From the NCBI RefSeq assembly GCF_009914755.1, contig NC_060930.1: 64,000 bases of DNA; one strand, written 5' to 3'. Positions 1 to 10,842 of the stretch are shown here, piece after piece; within the stretch, counting starts at the first letter, position 1; the number at the start of each line of letters is the position of its first letter. A program made the position numbers and the translations under genes. The notes beneath the pieces were generated by a model. That model ran no database searches and was not told where the DNA came from. It saw only the letters and a list, made by a program, of their open reading frames with translations. The stretch comes from the human T2T-CHM13v2.0 reference genome, Homo sapiens.

Positions 1-1068
1 TCAAAAAATCAATGTTTCTTCTTCACAATATTTTATAAAGCCTTTTTTATTTTACAAAATGCATCTTGATAAATAATTTAAAAAGTACATACTATATTAA
101 CTAGAATATTAAAGGATAAATAAAAGAAGAATATTAGTTAATATGTAGCACTACATATAAATACTTGGGCATAACTACGATAGAAACTCAATGAAGTGGT
201 GATATTCTTCTGCCTACTTATAAACAAGCTAGGATTTAAGAGAAGTTAGACCAATATTCAAATGAATGTTGAAATAATTTTTAAAAATATTAGACATTTT
301 GAAATAAGAATCACTGCAAATGTAACAACTACAAATGCAAACTGATACTATATTGATGATCTGAGTAGAATGAGTGGCATGGTTATCAGAGATAAAATTT
401 TGGTAAAGTTCCAAACAAAACAATATATATTGTTTCCTTACAGTGTTAACTGTTCCTGGAAAATTCAACGTATAATAAAACCATACTATAAGTATTTGGA
501 GCTTAAATGTAAAATGAAGTTGTTTCTAGGCTGAGAACTTCAGGTTTTTATCTAGTCACACTGGGGATAAATTAAAATTTCTCTTGGTCATTATTTAAAA
601 TATAGAAGTTATCTGTAATCTTATATTTAGAATTATAAATGTATGTATTGTTACCTTCAAAGTGAATAAATCACCAAGATTTGTAGATTATCTTAAAAAT
701 TTTTATAGGTTGTTTTCAAACTTTCTAAAAGCCAATATTTTCTTTTCAAAAAATATTTTAGTGGCACTGGGTGCAGTGCCACTCTGTTGGGAACCACTGT
801 TCCATGTAATCTTATGGTCTATATAATAACCAGTGGTCTATATAATCTATTGTTGCCTTGCCAATCTTTTCCTTCTACTTTAGTTTGGCTCTTTGTCATC
901 CCTCACTTGAACCACCCAACTTTTCTCTCTGTTTTGTCTTCTTTGTCTATAATTTACCTTTTAAACAGATAGCAAATGTGATCTTTCTAAAATGCACTTG
1001 TGATCATGTCATCCCTCTGCTGAAAACTTCCATTGGCCCCCCATCACTCAGGATAATACAAACCTTTT

Positions 1069-1377
<309 letters not shown>

Positions 1378-1563
1378 TAATACAAACCTTTTAGACTGGA
1401 GGTCAGTAATCTGATCCCACTAAATTTCAAATCTCACCTTGTACCACTCCCTCCAATGTATCAATGTGTGCTGTGCTCTGCTTTGTGTAGTCTCTAGAAC
1501 TGAATAAATTCTCAGGTTTTTCACCAACTTGCCGATCTTTTGTCTGTCAAGTTCTTACTAACA

Positions 1564-1884
1564 TAGTCTTCCTTCAGTATGCATGGGGATTGGTTTCAAG
1601 AGCCCTGTGGATACCAAACCCCACAGATGCTAAAGTTTCTGATATAAAATGACATAGTATTTTTTTATAACCTACATGCATCCTCCCACAGACTTTAAAT
1701 CATCTCTAGATTATCATACCCAATATAATGTAAATGCTATGCAAATAGTTGTTTTACTGTATTTTTCATTTGTATTATTTTTTACTGTTGTAGCATTATT
1801 TTTTCCTGTTTCTTTTTTCTGTATATTTTCAATCCCCAGCTGATTGAATACACGGGGCAGAAGCTGAGTATACAGGCCGATTGT
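1564..1884 (+). mobile_element. MER2-family Tigger DNA transposon
   Basis: GGGGATTGGTTTCAAGA...GGATACCAAA..CACAGATGCT...TTTAAATCATCTCTAGATTA matches the MER2 consensus. Confidence 0.8.
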
Positions 1885-2669
1885 GCTTCAAAATGCAACT
1901 CAGGCATTTCCACCCTAGTAAAACCTTCTGACAGTCTCCCCACTCCATCCCATGTTTGCACTTACCGTATGTTTTGTAACTATTTGCTTTCCCATTAGAC
2001 TGTGAGTTATCTGAGGGCAGGGATTTTTATCCTATCTACCCTTGTATTTCAAGTGCATCAAATAGGTGGACAGTATATAGCGGGGTCTTAAAAAAGCATT
2101 TATTGAATTAATGTTGAGTGATCCTGCTGTAATGGTGACTATTTGGAGAGTTTGGATATTACTATATACAATCATCCCTTGTTATCCTCAGGGAGTTGCT
2201 TCCAGGATCCTTGCGGATACCAAAATCCAGGGATGCTCAAGTTCCTTAAGTTAAATGGCATAGTATTTGCATATAACCTATGGACATCCTCCTATATACT
2301 TTAATTCATCTCTAGGTTGCTCATAATACCTAATACAATGTAAATGTTATGTAAATAGTTTTTATGCTGTATTTTTTTGTGTTTTTTTTTATTAACATTT
2401 TATGTTTATTTATCTCATTTTTATATAAGGGCTTGTTTGAACTGCAATAACATTGGTTTTGGCTGTAAGAGAAATTACATATCATTAGATAACTTTATTT
2501 CATTAGGGGAAGAGGTTTTTCTCCTTAATTTCTCAAGTGAAAGTTCAGTGGAATTCTGACATATGTTTATTCTGCCCTGAAAACCTCAGTGTCTTCCAAA
2601 GAAACAACTACTGAATCTGAAATAGTGAATGGGTCCAGGGATAGCCTGCCATATTGGAAATAAAGTAGG

Positions 2670-2835
2670 AGAACAGAGTTTAAACCACAGGCTGGCCACT
2701 TACTAGGTAATCTGGACCAAGTGGTTCTCTAAGTCTCAGTGTTATTATGTGTAAAATAGAGGTAATGGAGAGTTGAGAAGGAAAATGAAATCATGCATAT
2801 GAAAATATGTAAATGGTTAAAGCACTATACAAATA
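2670..2835 (+). mobile_element. MIR fragment (inside the MER2-splitting insert)
   Basis: GCCACTTACTAG...CAAGTGG..CTCTAAGTCTCAGTG...TGTAAAATAGAGGTAAT...AAATGAAATCATGCATATGAAA resembles the MIR core. Confidence 0.65.
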
Positions 2836-2925
2836 GAAACTCTTAATAACCATTATTAATGGTGGAGGAAGGCTGGACCACCACATTCTGGACCATCAAC
2901 CCTGCCCCTCAGAAAGGAGTGTTAA

Positions 2926-3229
<304 letters not shown>

Positions 3230-4650
3230 TGCTGTATTGCTTAGGAAATAATGATAATTTTTTAAAAAGTCTGTACATGTTTGGTTCAGATGTAACCACC
3301 CATTTATTTTCTTTTGATTATTTTCTATCTGTGGTTTGGTTGAATCCAGGGATATAGAACCCACAGATATAGAGGGCTATATTTTTCTTTTACTAGCCGC
3401 AGCACTTATTGTACTGACTGATGAGACAAATACATTCCTTTTGACCCATTCCCTAATTTACATTTTACTTTAGTTTACACATCTCAGAAGTTTACACACT
3501 TCAAGTACTTAAAGTGACTTGAAGTTTTCTTTTTAATCACTGACAATTTTAAAAAATTATTTCTTCATGAATATACACATATACATGTACAATTTCTGGT
3601 GGGTTTTTTTTTTTTTTTTTGTCAAATTGACCCTCAAGTTGATGGTTTTAGTTTTAAGTGTTGGTTCATGGTTTTTTGACATATGTGCTTGTTGTTCACC
3701 AACACTTGACTTTGTTTTAGTTACTTTTCAGATCTGACAGTTTTCACGTGTATTCAATTCCTTTGCTAATTTGAGACAGAGATCAAAATGAACTAGTCTT
3801 AAATAATCTTGGTGTTTGTCCATGCTGGACCACGCGGCTTCTCTCTGCTAGTTACCATAAGGGTGGTCATAACCACTCATCATTCTTTTTATACCTATTT
3901 ATTCCTTGCCTAATCAGGATTTAGAAGCAATATTTCAATAATTTACTACTGACTTTCCTTTGGGTCATTAGAAGAAAAATGGTCCCTGTAGAAACAATCT
4001 TGTAAATAAATGATAGTGTAGAAACGTTTCCTGCAGGCTACAAAGTGACCTCTTGAAATACACTAAATTGGTTCTTATCTGTCGGGACATTCAGATCCTT
4101 CCTTTATTTCACTTTGGAATAGAAGAATAAATTGGGAAAAATGTGCTCTGCAATCCTCTGCCCTGCCTTAGAGTATGTAAATAGCATCATGCACAAAAAA
4201 TTTTCAAGCTGTCAGGAGTAAAGTAAGTATGATAATTTGGGATAATTAAATGCTTAAGACAATCAAAATAGAACTGATCCTAGTAAGCTTTTCTCACTTG
4301 AAGGAAACTTCTTTAAAAAGTATTTACTGATCTAAATGTCTTTCAATAAGGCTGTTAAATAAATTGTGGTACAACAATCTACAGTTTGAAATATTTCAGT
4401 CTTTAAAAAAGGAGAAGCATACCTATATGTATGCACACAGAAAAATAGATGGTTGTTTTTAAAAAAGAAAAAATGCGAATAATTCATATACTATGATCCC
4501 ATTCACATAAAAAATAGCAGAAACAATTGAAATATTTATAAAGAGAGAGGGCATTGACTGGAAAGATACACACACCAAACCGTACTCAATTCTGCATTGA
4601 GAGCTTTTGCTTCCGTGTCTATGTCTTTCGTTTACCAGATTATCAACTGC

Positions 4651-4825
4651 TGTATTGCCAGATCAAATACAGGATACTCAATTAAAGTTGAATTTCAACT
4701 ATAAGCAACAAAATTTTGGGTGCATTTCCCAAATATTGCATGGGACACACTTAAAAGGTATTCATTGTTTTGTTCATTAAAAGGTATTCATTGTTTTGCC
4801 AGATTTGTTAAATCTGGCAACTCTA
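4651..4825. mobile_element. MER53 hAT MITE (palindromic)
   Basis: Inverted termini TTGCCAGAT...ATCTGGCAAC and central CCCAAATATTGCATGGGAC; internal 22-bp duplication TTAAAAGGTATTCATTGTTTTG. Confidence 0.75.
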
Positions 4826-5229
4826 CCTTAAAGAGACTTTAAATTATTTATCCTTGTATTCCTATTACTAACATAGTTACAGAGATATAGTGGATTACAA
4901 TAAATAACATGAGGGGGGTAATTTAGGAGAGAACTATCAAAACAGATGATTTTGCTAAGTATGTGACATATTTATCTCAATTTTCATGGAAATATCTTCA
5001 AATTTCATTAGTGGTCCTATTATAGAAGACACACAGCAGGCAAGTGTCAGAGCTAGAAATGACCCTAAATTTCTGGGTCCCTATTCAGCAGCCATAAGCA
5101 ATTGCCAGCTGCAGGAAGGTGGAGGCAGAAGAAGTAAAAAGGGAACAAGAGGTGAGGTTTACGTTCTGCCTAAGTGGAACAGAGTAGAACTTTGCACAAA
5201 CTCCTTAATCTTGCCTAGAGGCAGAATGT

Positions 5230-5560
5230 GGGATGTACTATATGGGAGGCAGGCAAATCTGGGCCTGGTTCCCACCTCCATCACTCATTTGAACAAGTTA
5301 TGTAATTTATTTTTGCGTCAATTTTCTTGTCTGTAAAACTGGAGTGAGAGGACCTAACTTGAGTACCGAAGTGAAGAGTCAATGAGATAATATCTGTGAT
5401 CAGCACAGTGCTTGGCAAGTGGAAGACACTCAGTCAAGCTAACTTAAAGCCCCAGTTTTTTCATTTGTACAACAGAACAACAACAATAATAGCAACAAGC
5501 AATAATACTAACAATATTTATCTTGCCTCTGAGTTGTCTTGAAAATCAGATGAGTATATA
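5230..5560 (+). mobile_element. MIR fragments
   Basis: TTGAACAAGTTA...CTGTAAAACTGGAG...AATGAGATAAT...CAGCACAGTGCTTGGCA. Confidence 0.65.
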
Positions 5561-6649
5561 TATTATGTTTCTAAATTCTAAAGTGTATCTCACTCTCCTA
5601 ACAAAGCAGTTGGTCTTCAGATCAGGACCAGAGTTAATACCATGCCAGAGCATTATTACAGGTTTTTTCCAATGAGTAATTAATTTTATTTTTAAACTTA
5701 TCATACAGTAAAATTGACTCTTTTGGTTTACAAAGTTCTATGAGTTATAACACGTTGTATAGGTTTATGTAACCACCACCACAATCCGGATACAGAACAT
5801 GACTACAGCTTTAGAGATTCTTTTTCAAAGTGTTTTACATTCATGTTGCAAAACACTTTTAAAAATAAGAAAAGAGATGTAGATAAACGTGCTGAAGATG
5901 CAAATTAATGAAACCAGCTTTTGTGCACAAATCTCTGCAGTTTCCAGTGTTTTCAGCTTTTGTCTGAGCCATTTTTGCTGTCGGCTTTGCAGACTATCTC
6001 TTTCTATAAAAGTAATCAGGCGTCCGTTGGAGAGTTGGGGTCTTTCTTCACACTAAAGGCACATGTCCCAGGCACAAGCCTCAGGATCCTTATTTGATCT
6101 TTTTTAATACGACCAGATCTTAAATTTCCGAACCATGTTTTCCCTAATTGCCATTTTCTCTCTAAAATGAAGAAGCCTGGAAGAACCTTCTTATCCCTTC
6201 GGGGAAATTATTTAATTGGGACAAAGGGGATGTGGAGTTACAGAGAGCAACGATAGGGCTTTCAGAACCCAAAACCTGTCTGGTATAATAACAGATCCTT
6301 CCGGTAACCAACCATTCAATTTGTCCCTCTCCCCAACCCCATCCTCTCCATCACCATCTGCCAGATGCCCCCTGGGACAATCGACTTTGAAACCAAACTT
6401 CTCTCCCAGGTCAGCTCCTGCAATCCCCACTCCTCATCCTTGGAGCTTTCTCCACAGAAGTGACTTGACACACCGCGCTACATCTGGGGAGGGGGGCGGG
6501 TCCGCTTTCCGGGAGACTCAAGTCTTTGCTATTTGCCTTTTGTTTCTGGGATGCCTTTGGCTGCCTTTCTCTTCCATCTGCTTTTAATTTTGGTAAGAGG
6601 AAAGCTAATGAATCAGGAATGAATCTCCTCTCCACTAATCTTTTTTTTT

Positions 6650-6985
6650 TCTTTCTCTCTCTCTCTCTCTTAAAGTTGGCGCGCTCTCTTCACAAGTTCC
6701 ATCACTACCCAAGAAGTGAGGGGGCGGGGGGGACAGGCGGGAAGGCATTAATTACACCTAAATCTGAAGTTTGCGGCCTCAAGTACCACTTTGATGGGGA
6801 GAGCTTCTGAAGCTTCCATACAACCTGCCGTGCCTTTGCTGCTGCCGCAGTAGATTTTCAGCTCATTTCTTTCTGCTGCTGCTTCGCGCTGCTCTGTCAT
6901 GCCTAAATCTATCTCGTCACTGCCAAAGGTGCCTGAATCAGGGTGAATTCCACGAGATTCACCAGCGGTTTTGCTCCAGTCCAAG
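6650..6985 (+). other. TPBG: Candidate distal non-coding first exon of TPBG
   Basis: Splice donor CAAG|GTAAAT at 6985/6986, downstream of a (CT)n tract and GC boxes. The start position is a guess. Confidence 0.55.
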
Positions 6986-7226
6986 GTAAATACAGTATGC
7001 AAAATGAGGAACCACCCAAGGATGTCGGGGAGGGGGGAGAGAAAGGGATTCCCTCACCTTTTCCGGCACATTCCTCGTTAATTTCCACCAGGAGGAGGCG
7101 CGCAGCCCAGCTCCCCTAGTCTCTCTTCTTAAATCCCCCTACCTACGGCTGCCGAGGTTGGCCGCGCGTCGGGAGTCTCCCCGACAGTCCTGGCCCTCCC
7201 CCGCCCCCCGGGTTGGTTTTTCCCAG

Positions 7227-7354
7227 CTGCGGAGGTTGGGAGGTTGGGCCAGGGGCTGGGGTGCGAAGAGAGTCGGCGCCCGCAACGCGGAGCCGGGAAG
7301 TCGTCGCTACTCTGGTGGAACTCAGAGTTGGTTCTGGAGGCGGCGGACGCGGAG
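7227..7354 (+). other. TPBG: Candidate non-coding 5' UTR exon of TPBG
   Basis: Acceptor TTGGTTTTTCCCAG|CT at 7226/7227 and donor GAG|GTGAGC at 7354/7355. Confidence 0.6.
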
Positions 7355-7689
7355 GTGAGCAGTGGGAGCCCGCGGCCTGGGAGAGACCCGGGAGGCGTCG
7401 TTGGGGCCCCTCCCCATCCTCGGGTGGAGAGTAGGGTTGGTTCGGGTTGCCACTGTACCCCGAGTCCCACTGCTGCTTTGTTCCCAGACTCTCCCCTCCT
7501 CTTTGGAGATGACTTGAACCCCTTTGAGATCCGAGGGGCTGGCGGGGCGCGGGCTGGGGGGCGACAGTTGTAGCTCCACTTCCTGCTAATGCGAGAAGGT
7601 ACAAAAAGAGATCAAAAAGTCCTGTAACCTGAAACTTCCCTCGCATCCTAACCGGGACCGGGTGGAGAGGTCTGGGCGGGGGCGGAGAC

Positions 7690-7775
7690 ACCCGGAGGCC
7701 GACCTTCCGCCGAGGCGGTGCAGGAAGGAACGGGAGAGGGAGAAGTTTGGTAGGGAAGGAATTGGGGATTAAGCG
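7690..7775 (+). other. TPBG: Candidate alternative proximal first exon of TPBG
   Basis: Consensus donor GCG|GTAAGT at 7775/7776, downstream of the GC box GGGCGGGGGCGG (~7674-7685). The start is approximate. Confidence 0.55.
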
Positions 7776-8068
7776 GTAAGTTAGACGCGGGAGACGAGTC
7801 TCCTCGGGAAAGGCGGAGGGCGGGAGGCCGGTCGGGTTTATTTAGTGTGGGCCAGGGAAGAAGGAAGACTTTGCGGTCTGGGTGTCGGATGCGCGTCCCC
7901 CTCCGGAGTAAAAGTGACCGGAGGGGTTGGGGAGGCGAGGCCGGGGCGGGCTTTTGGAAGGAGGTCTCTGGGACAGACTGGAGACGACTAGACTCGAAAA
8001 GGCCGGTTTTTGCACTCCGGAAGCCGCGGCAGCCACCGCTGTTCACGCCTCTCTCCTGCTTGTCCCAG

Positions 8069-8407
8069 GTCCCTCAGAGGATCCAGCGAGGGGTGCCAAC
8101 AAGAGGCGAAGAGGTGGCACCAGGGCGGCGGCAGGAAGAGGAGCGGGAGCAGGAGCGCGGAGCGGAGCGTCCCGACCCGCCGTGCGTACTTTCTGGAGGG
8201 AAGGGGCGGGGGAATCGGCCCCTGAGGGAAGCGCCCGGTGGCGAGGGGGTTAGCCAAGTTCCGGCTGCGGCGCCACTCCCTCGGTTCCACGAGAGGAAAG
8301 TTTTTTTTTTCCAGACGCTTCCGCCGGCTCGCGCCCTCCGGGCCCAGCCTCCCGAGCCTTCGGAGCGGGCGCCGTCCCAGCCCAGCTCCGGGGAAACGCG
8401 AGCCGCG
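8069..8407 (+). other. TPBG: 5' UTR part of the TPBG coding exon
   Basis: Pyrimidine-rich acceptor CTCTCCTGCTTGTCCCAG|GT at 8068/8069. No ATG occurs between 8069 and 8407. Confidence 0.7.
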
Positions 8408-9670
8408 ATGCCTGGGGGGTGCTCCCGGGGCCCCGCCGCCGGGGACGGGCGTCTGCGGCTGGCGCGACTAGCGCTGGTACTCCTGGGCTGGGTCTCCTCG
8501 TCTTCTCCCACCTCCTCGGCATCCTCCTTCTCCTCCTCGGCGCCGTTCCTGGCTTCCGCCGTGTCCGCCCAGCCCCCGCTGCCGGACCAGTGCCCCGCGC
8601 TGTGCGAGTGCTCCGAGGCAGCGCGCACAGTCAAGTGCGTTAACCGCAATCTGACCGAGGTGCCCACGGACCTGCCCGCCTACGTGCGCAACCTCTTCCT
8701 TACCGGCAACCAGCTGGCCGTGCTCCCTGCCGGCGCCTTCGCCCGCCGGCCGCCGCTGGCGGAGCTGGCCGCGCTCAACCTCAGCGGCAGCCGCCTGGAC
8801 GAGGTGCGCGCGGGCGCCTTCGAGCATCTGCCCAGCCTGCGCCAGCTCGACCTCAGCCACAACCCACTGGCCGACCTCAGTCCCTTCGCTTTCTCGGGCA
8901 GCAATGCCAGCGTCTCGGCCCCCAGTCCCCTTGTGGAACTGATCCTGAACCACATCGTGCCCCCTGAAGATGAGCGGCAGAACCGGAGCTTCGAGGGCAT
9001 GGTGGTGGCGGCCCTGCTGGCGGGCCGTGCACTGCAGGGGCTCCGCCGCTTGGAGCTGGCCAGCAACCACTTCCTTTACCTGCCGCGGGATGTGCTGGCC
9101 CAACTGCCCAGCCTCAGGCACCTGGACTTAAGTAATAATTCGCTGGTGAGCCTGACCTACGTGTCCTTCCGCAACCTGACACATCTAGAAAGCCTCCACC
9201 TGGAGGACAATGCCCTCAAGGTCCTTCACAATGGCACCCTGGCTGAGTTGCAAGGTCTACCCCACATTAGGGTTTTCCTGGACAACAATCCCTGGGTCTG
9301 CGACTGCCACATGGCAGACATGGTGACCTGGCTCAAGGAAACAGAGGTAGTGCAGGGCAAAGACCGGCTCACCTGTGCATATCCGGAAAAAATGAGGAAT
9401 CGGGTCCTCTTGGAACTCAACAGTGCTGACCTGGACTGTGACCCGATTCTTCCCCCATCCCTGCAAACCTCTTATGTCTTCCTGGGTATTGTTTTAGCCC
9501 TGATAGGCGCTATTTTCCTCCTGGTTTTGTATTTGAACCGCAAGGGGATAAAAAAGTGGATGCATAACATCAGAGATGCCTGCAGGGATCACATGGAAGG
9601 GTATCATTACAGATATGAAATCAATGCGGACCCCAGATTAACAAACCTCAGTTCTAACTCGGATGTCTGA
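8408..9670 (+). CDS. TPBG: Trophoblast glycoprotein (5T4 oncofetal antigen / WAIF1), 420 aa, intronless CDS; LRR type I membrane protein
   Basis: ATG at 8408 (GCCGCGATGC) to TGA at 9670 = 420 aa. It begins MPGGCSRGPAAGDGRLRLARLALVLLGWV (signal peptide), followed by a Ser-rich tract, LRRNT (CPALCECS), LRRs (LxxLxLxxN), LRRCT (NPWVCDC), a TM helix (YVFLGIVLALIGAIFLLVLYL) and the C-terminal PDZ-binding motif SDV. Recognised as human 5T4. Confidence 0.99.
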   Translation: MPGGCSRGPAAGDGRLRLARLALVLLGWVSSSSPTSSASSFSSSAPFLASAVSAQPPLPDQCPALCECSEAARTVKCVNRNLTEVPTDLPAYVRNLFLTGNQLAVLPAGAFARRPPLAELAALNLSGSRLDEVRAGAFEHLPSLRQLDLSHNPLADLSPFAFSGSNASVSAPSPLVELILNHIVPPEDERQNRSFEGMVVAALLAGRALQGLRRLELASNHFLYLPRDVLAQLPSLRHLDLSNNSLVSLTYVSFRNLTHLESLHLEDNALKVLHNGTLAELQGLPHIRVFLDNNPWVCDCHMADMVTWLKETEVVQGKDRLTCAYPEKMRNRVLLELNSADLDCDPILPPSLQTSYVFLGIVLALIGAIFLLVLYLNRKGIKKWMHNIRDACRDHMEGYHYRYEINADPRLTNLSSNSDV

Positions 9671-10307
9671 GAAATATTAGAGGACAGACCAAGGACAACT
9701 CTGCATGAGATGTAGACTTAAGCTTTATCCCTACTAGGCTTGCTCCACTTTCATCCTCCACTATAGATACAACGGACTTTGACTAAAAGCAGTGAAGGGG
9801 ATTTGCTTCCTTGTTATGTAAAGTTTCTCGGTGTGTTCTGTTAATGTAAGACGATGAACAGTTGTGTATAGTGTTTTACCCTCTTCTTTTTCTTGGAACT
9901 CCTCAACACGTATGGAGGGATTTTTCAGGTTTCAGCATGAACATGGGCTTCTTGCTGTCTGTCTCTCTCTCAGTACAGTTCAAGGTGTAGCAAGTGTACC
10001 CACACAGATAGCATTCAACAAAAGCTGCCTCAACTTTTTCGAGAAAAATACTTTATTCATAAATATCAGTTTTATTCTCATGTACCTAAGTTGTGGAGAA
10101 AATAATTGCATCCTATAAACTGCCTGCAGACGTTAGCAGGCTCTTCAAAATAACTCCATGGTGCACAGGAGCACCTGCATCCAAGAGCATGCTTACATTT
10201 TACTGTTCTGCATATTACAAAAAATAACTTGCAACTTCATAACTTCTTTGACAAAGTAAATTACTTTTTTGATTGCAGTTTATATGAAAATGTACTGATT
10301 TTTTTTT

Positions 10308-10842
10308 AATAAACTGCATCGAGATCCAACCGACTGAATTGTTAAAAAAAAAAAAAATAAAGATTCTTAAAAGAATTACAGTGTGTGCAAGTTTGCTTTG
10401 AAAAAAGGATGAAGGGCAGGAGTATTCAATGGTCTTGGTTCCGATGATAATTATTACTTAACATAGCTGAGAATCAAACTGTAGCAATGTCTAATATAAA
10501 TAGACTTGGGAGATCGTTTCGAAATGGTGGATCCTTTTAGTATTTAAATGGAGAGTTTGAGTATTCATGTGACTGTATGGTCCCAAAGTTAATGCTATTT
10601 ATGAAACAGTTTTGTAAGAACATAATGAAGTTGGTAAAAGCTAAGCGTTCTGCACAATAAACAGTTCCCAGTTTGGGGCTTTTTCAAGGCTAATGAAGTT
10701 ATTGTTGGTCTAGAAAAATAGTATTTACTTAATAAAACTCTGTTTGAAATTGTTCTGTGGATTTTTAGAGCAGAATTTGAAACAAATGTAATGCAAATAA
10801 ATATAAAGATAAAGTGTCTTAAAGACAATATTCTGAAATAAA
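10308..10842 (+). terminator. Cluster of TPBG polyadenylation signals
   Basis: AATAAA at 10308, 10356, 10656, 10731, 10796 and 10837, downstream of the stop codon. Confidence 0.7.

Larger units (their letters stand above)
6700..9100. promoter_or_regulatory. CpG island / TPBG promoter region with GC boxes
   Basis: Abrupt rise in GC content and CpG density against an AT-rich background. GGGGCGGG boxes occur at ~6493, 6721 and 8203. No obvious TATA box. Boundaries are approximate. Confidence 0.9.

Noticed and set aside
4651-4825. MER53 as a miR-1302-type hairpin
   Set aside because: The palindrome is broken by a deletion and an internal duplication, and the mature-like sequence is degenerate
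7129-9466. Many overlapping and antisense ORFs (e.g. 8468-9121, 8074-8667, 7143-7691)
   Set aside because: Expected from stop-codon scarcity in a CpG island and from the antisense shadow of the CDS; no recognisable domains
7847-9670. 607-aa ORF as the actual gene product
   Set aside because: It starts at a GTG within the predicted intron. The recognised 5T4 protein starts at ATG 8408. The extension is kept only as a hypothesis in findings.
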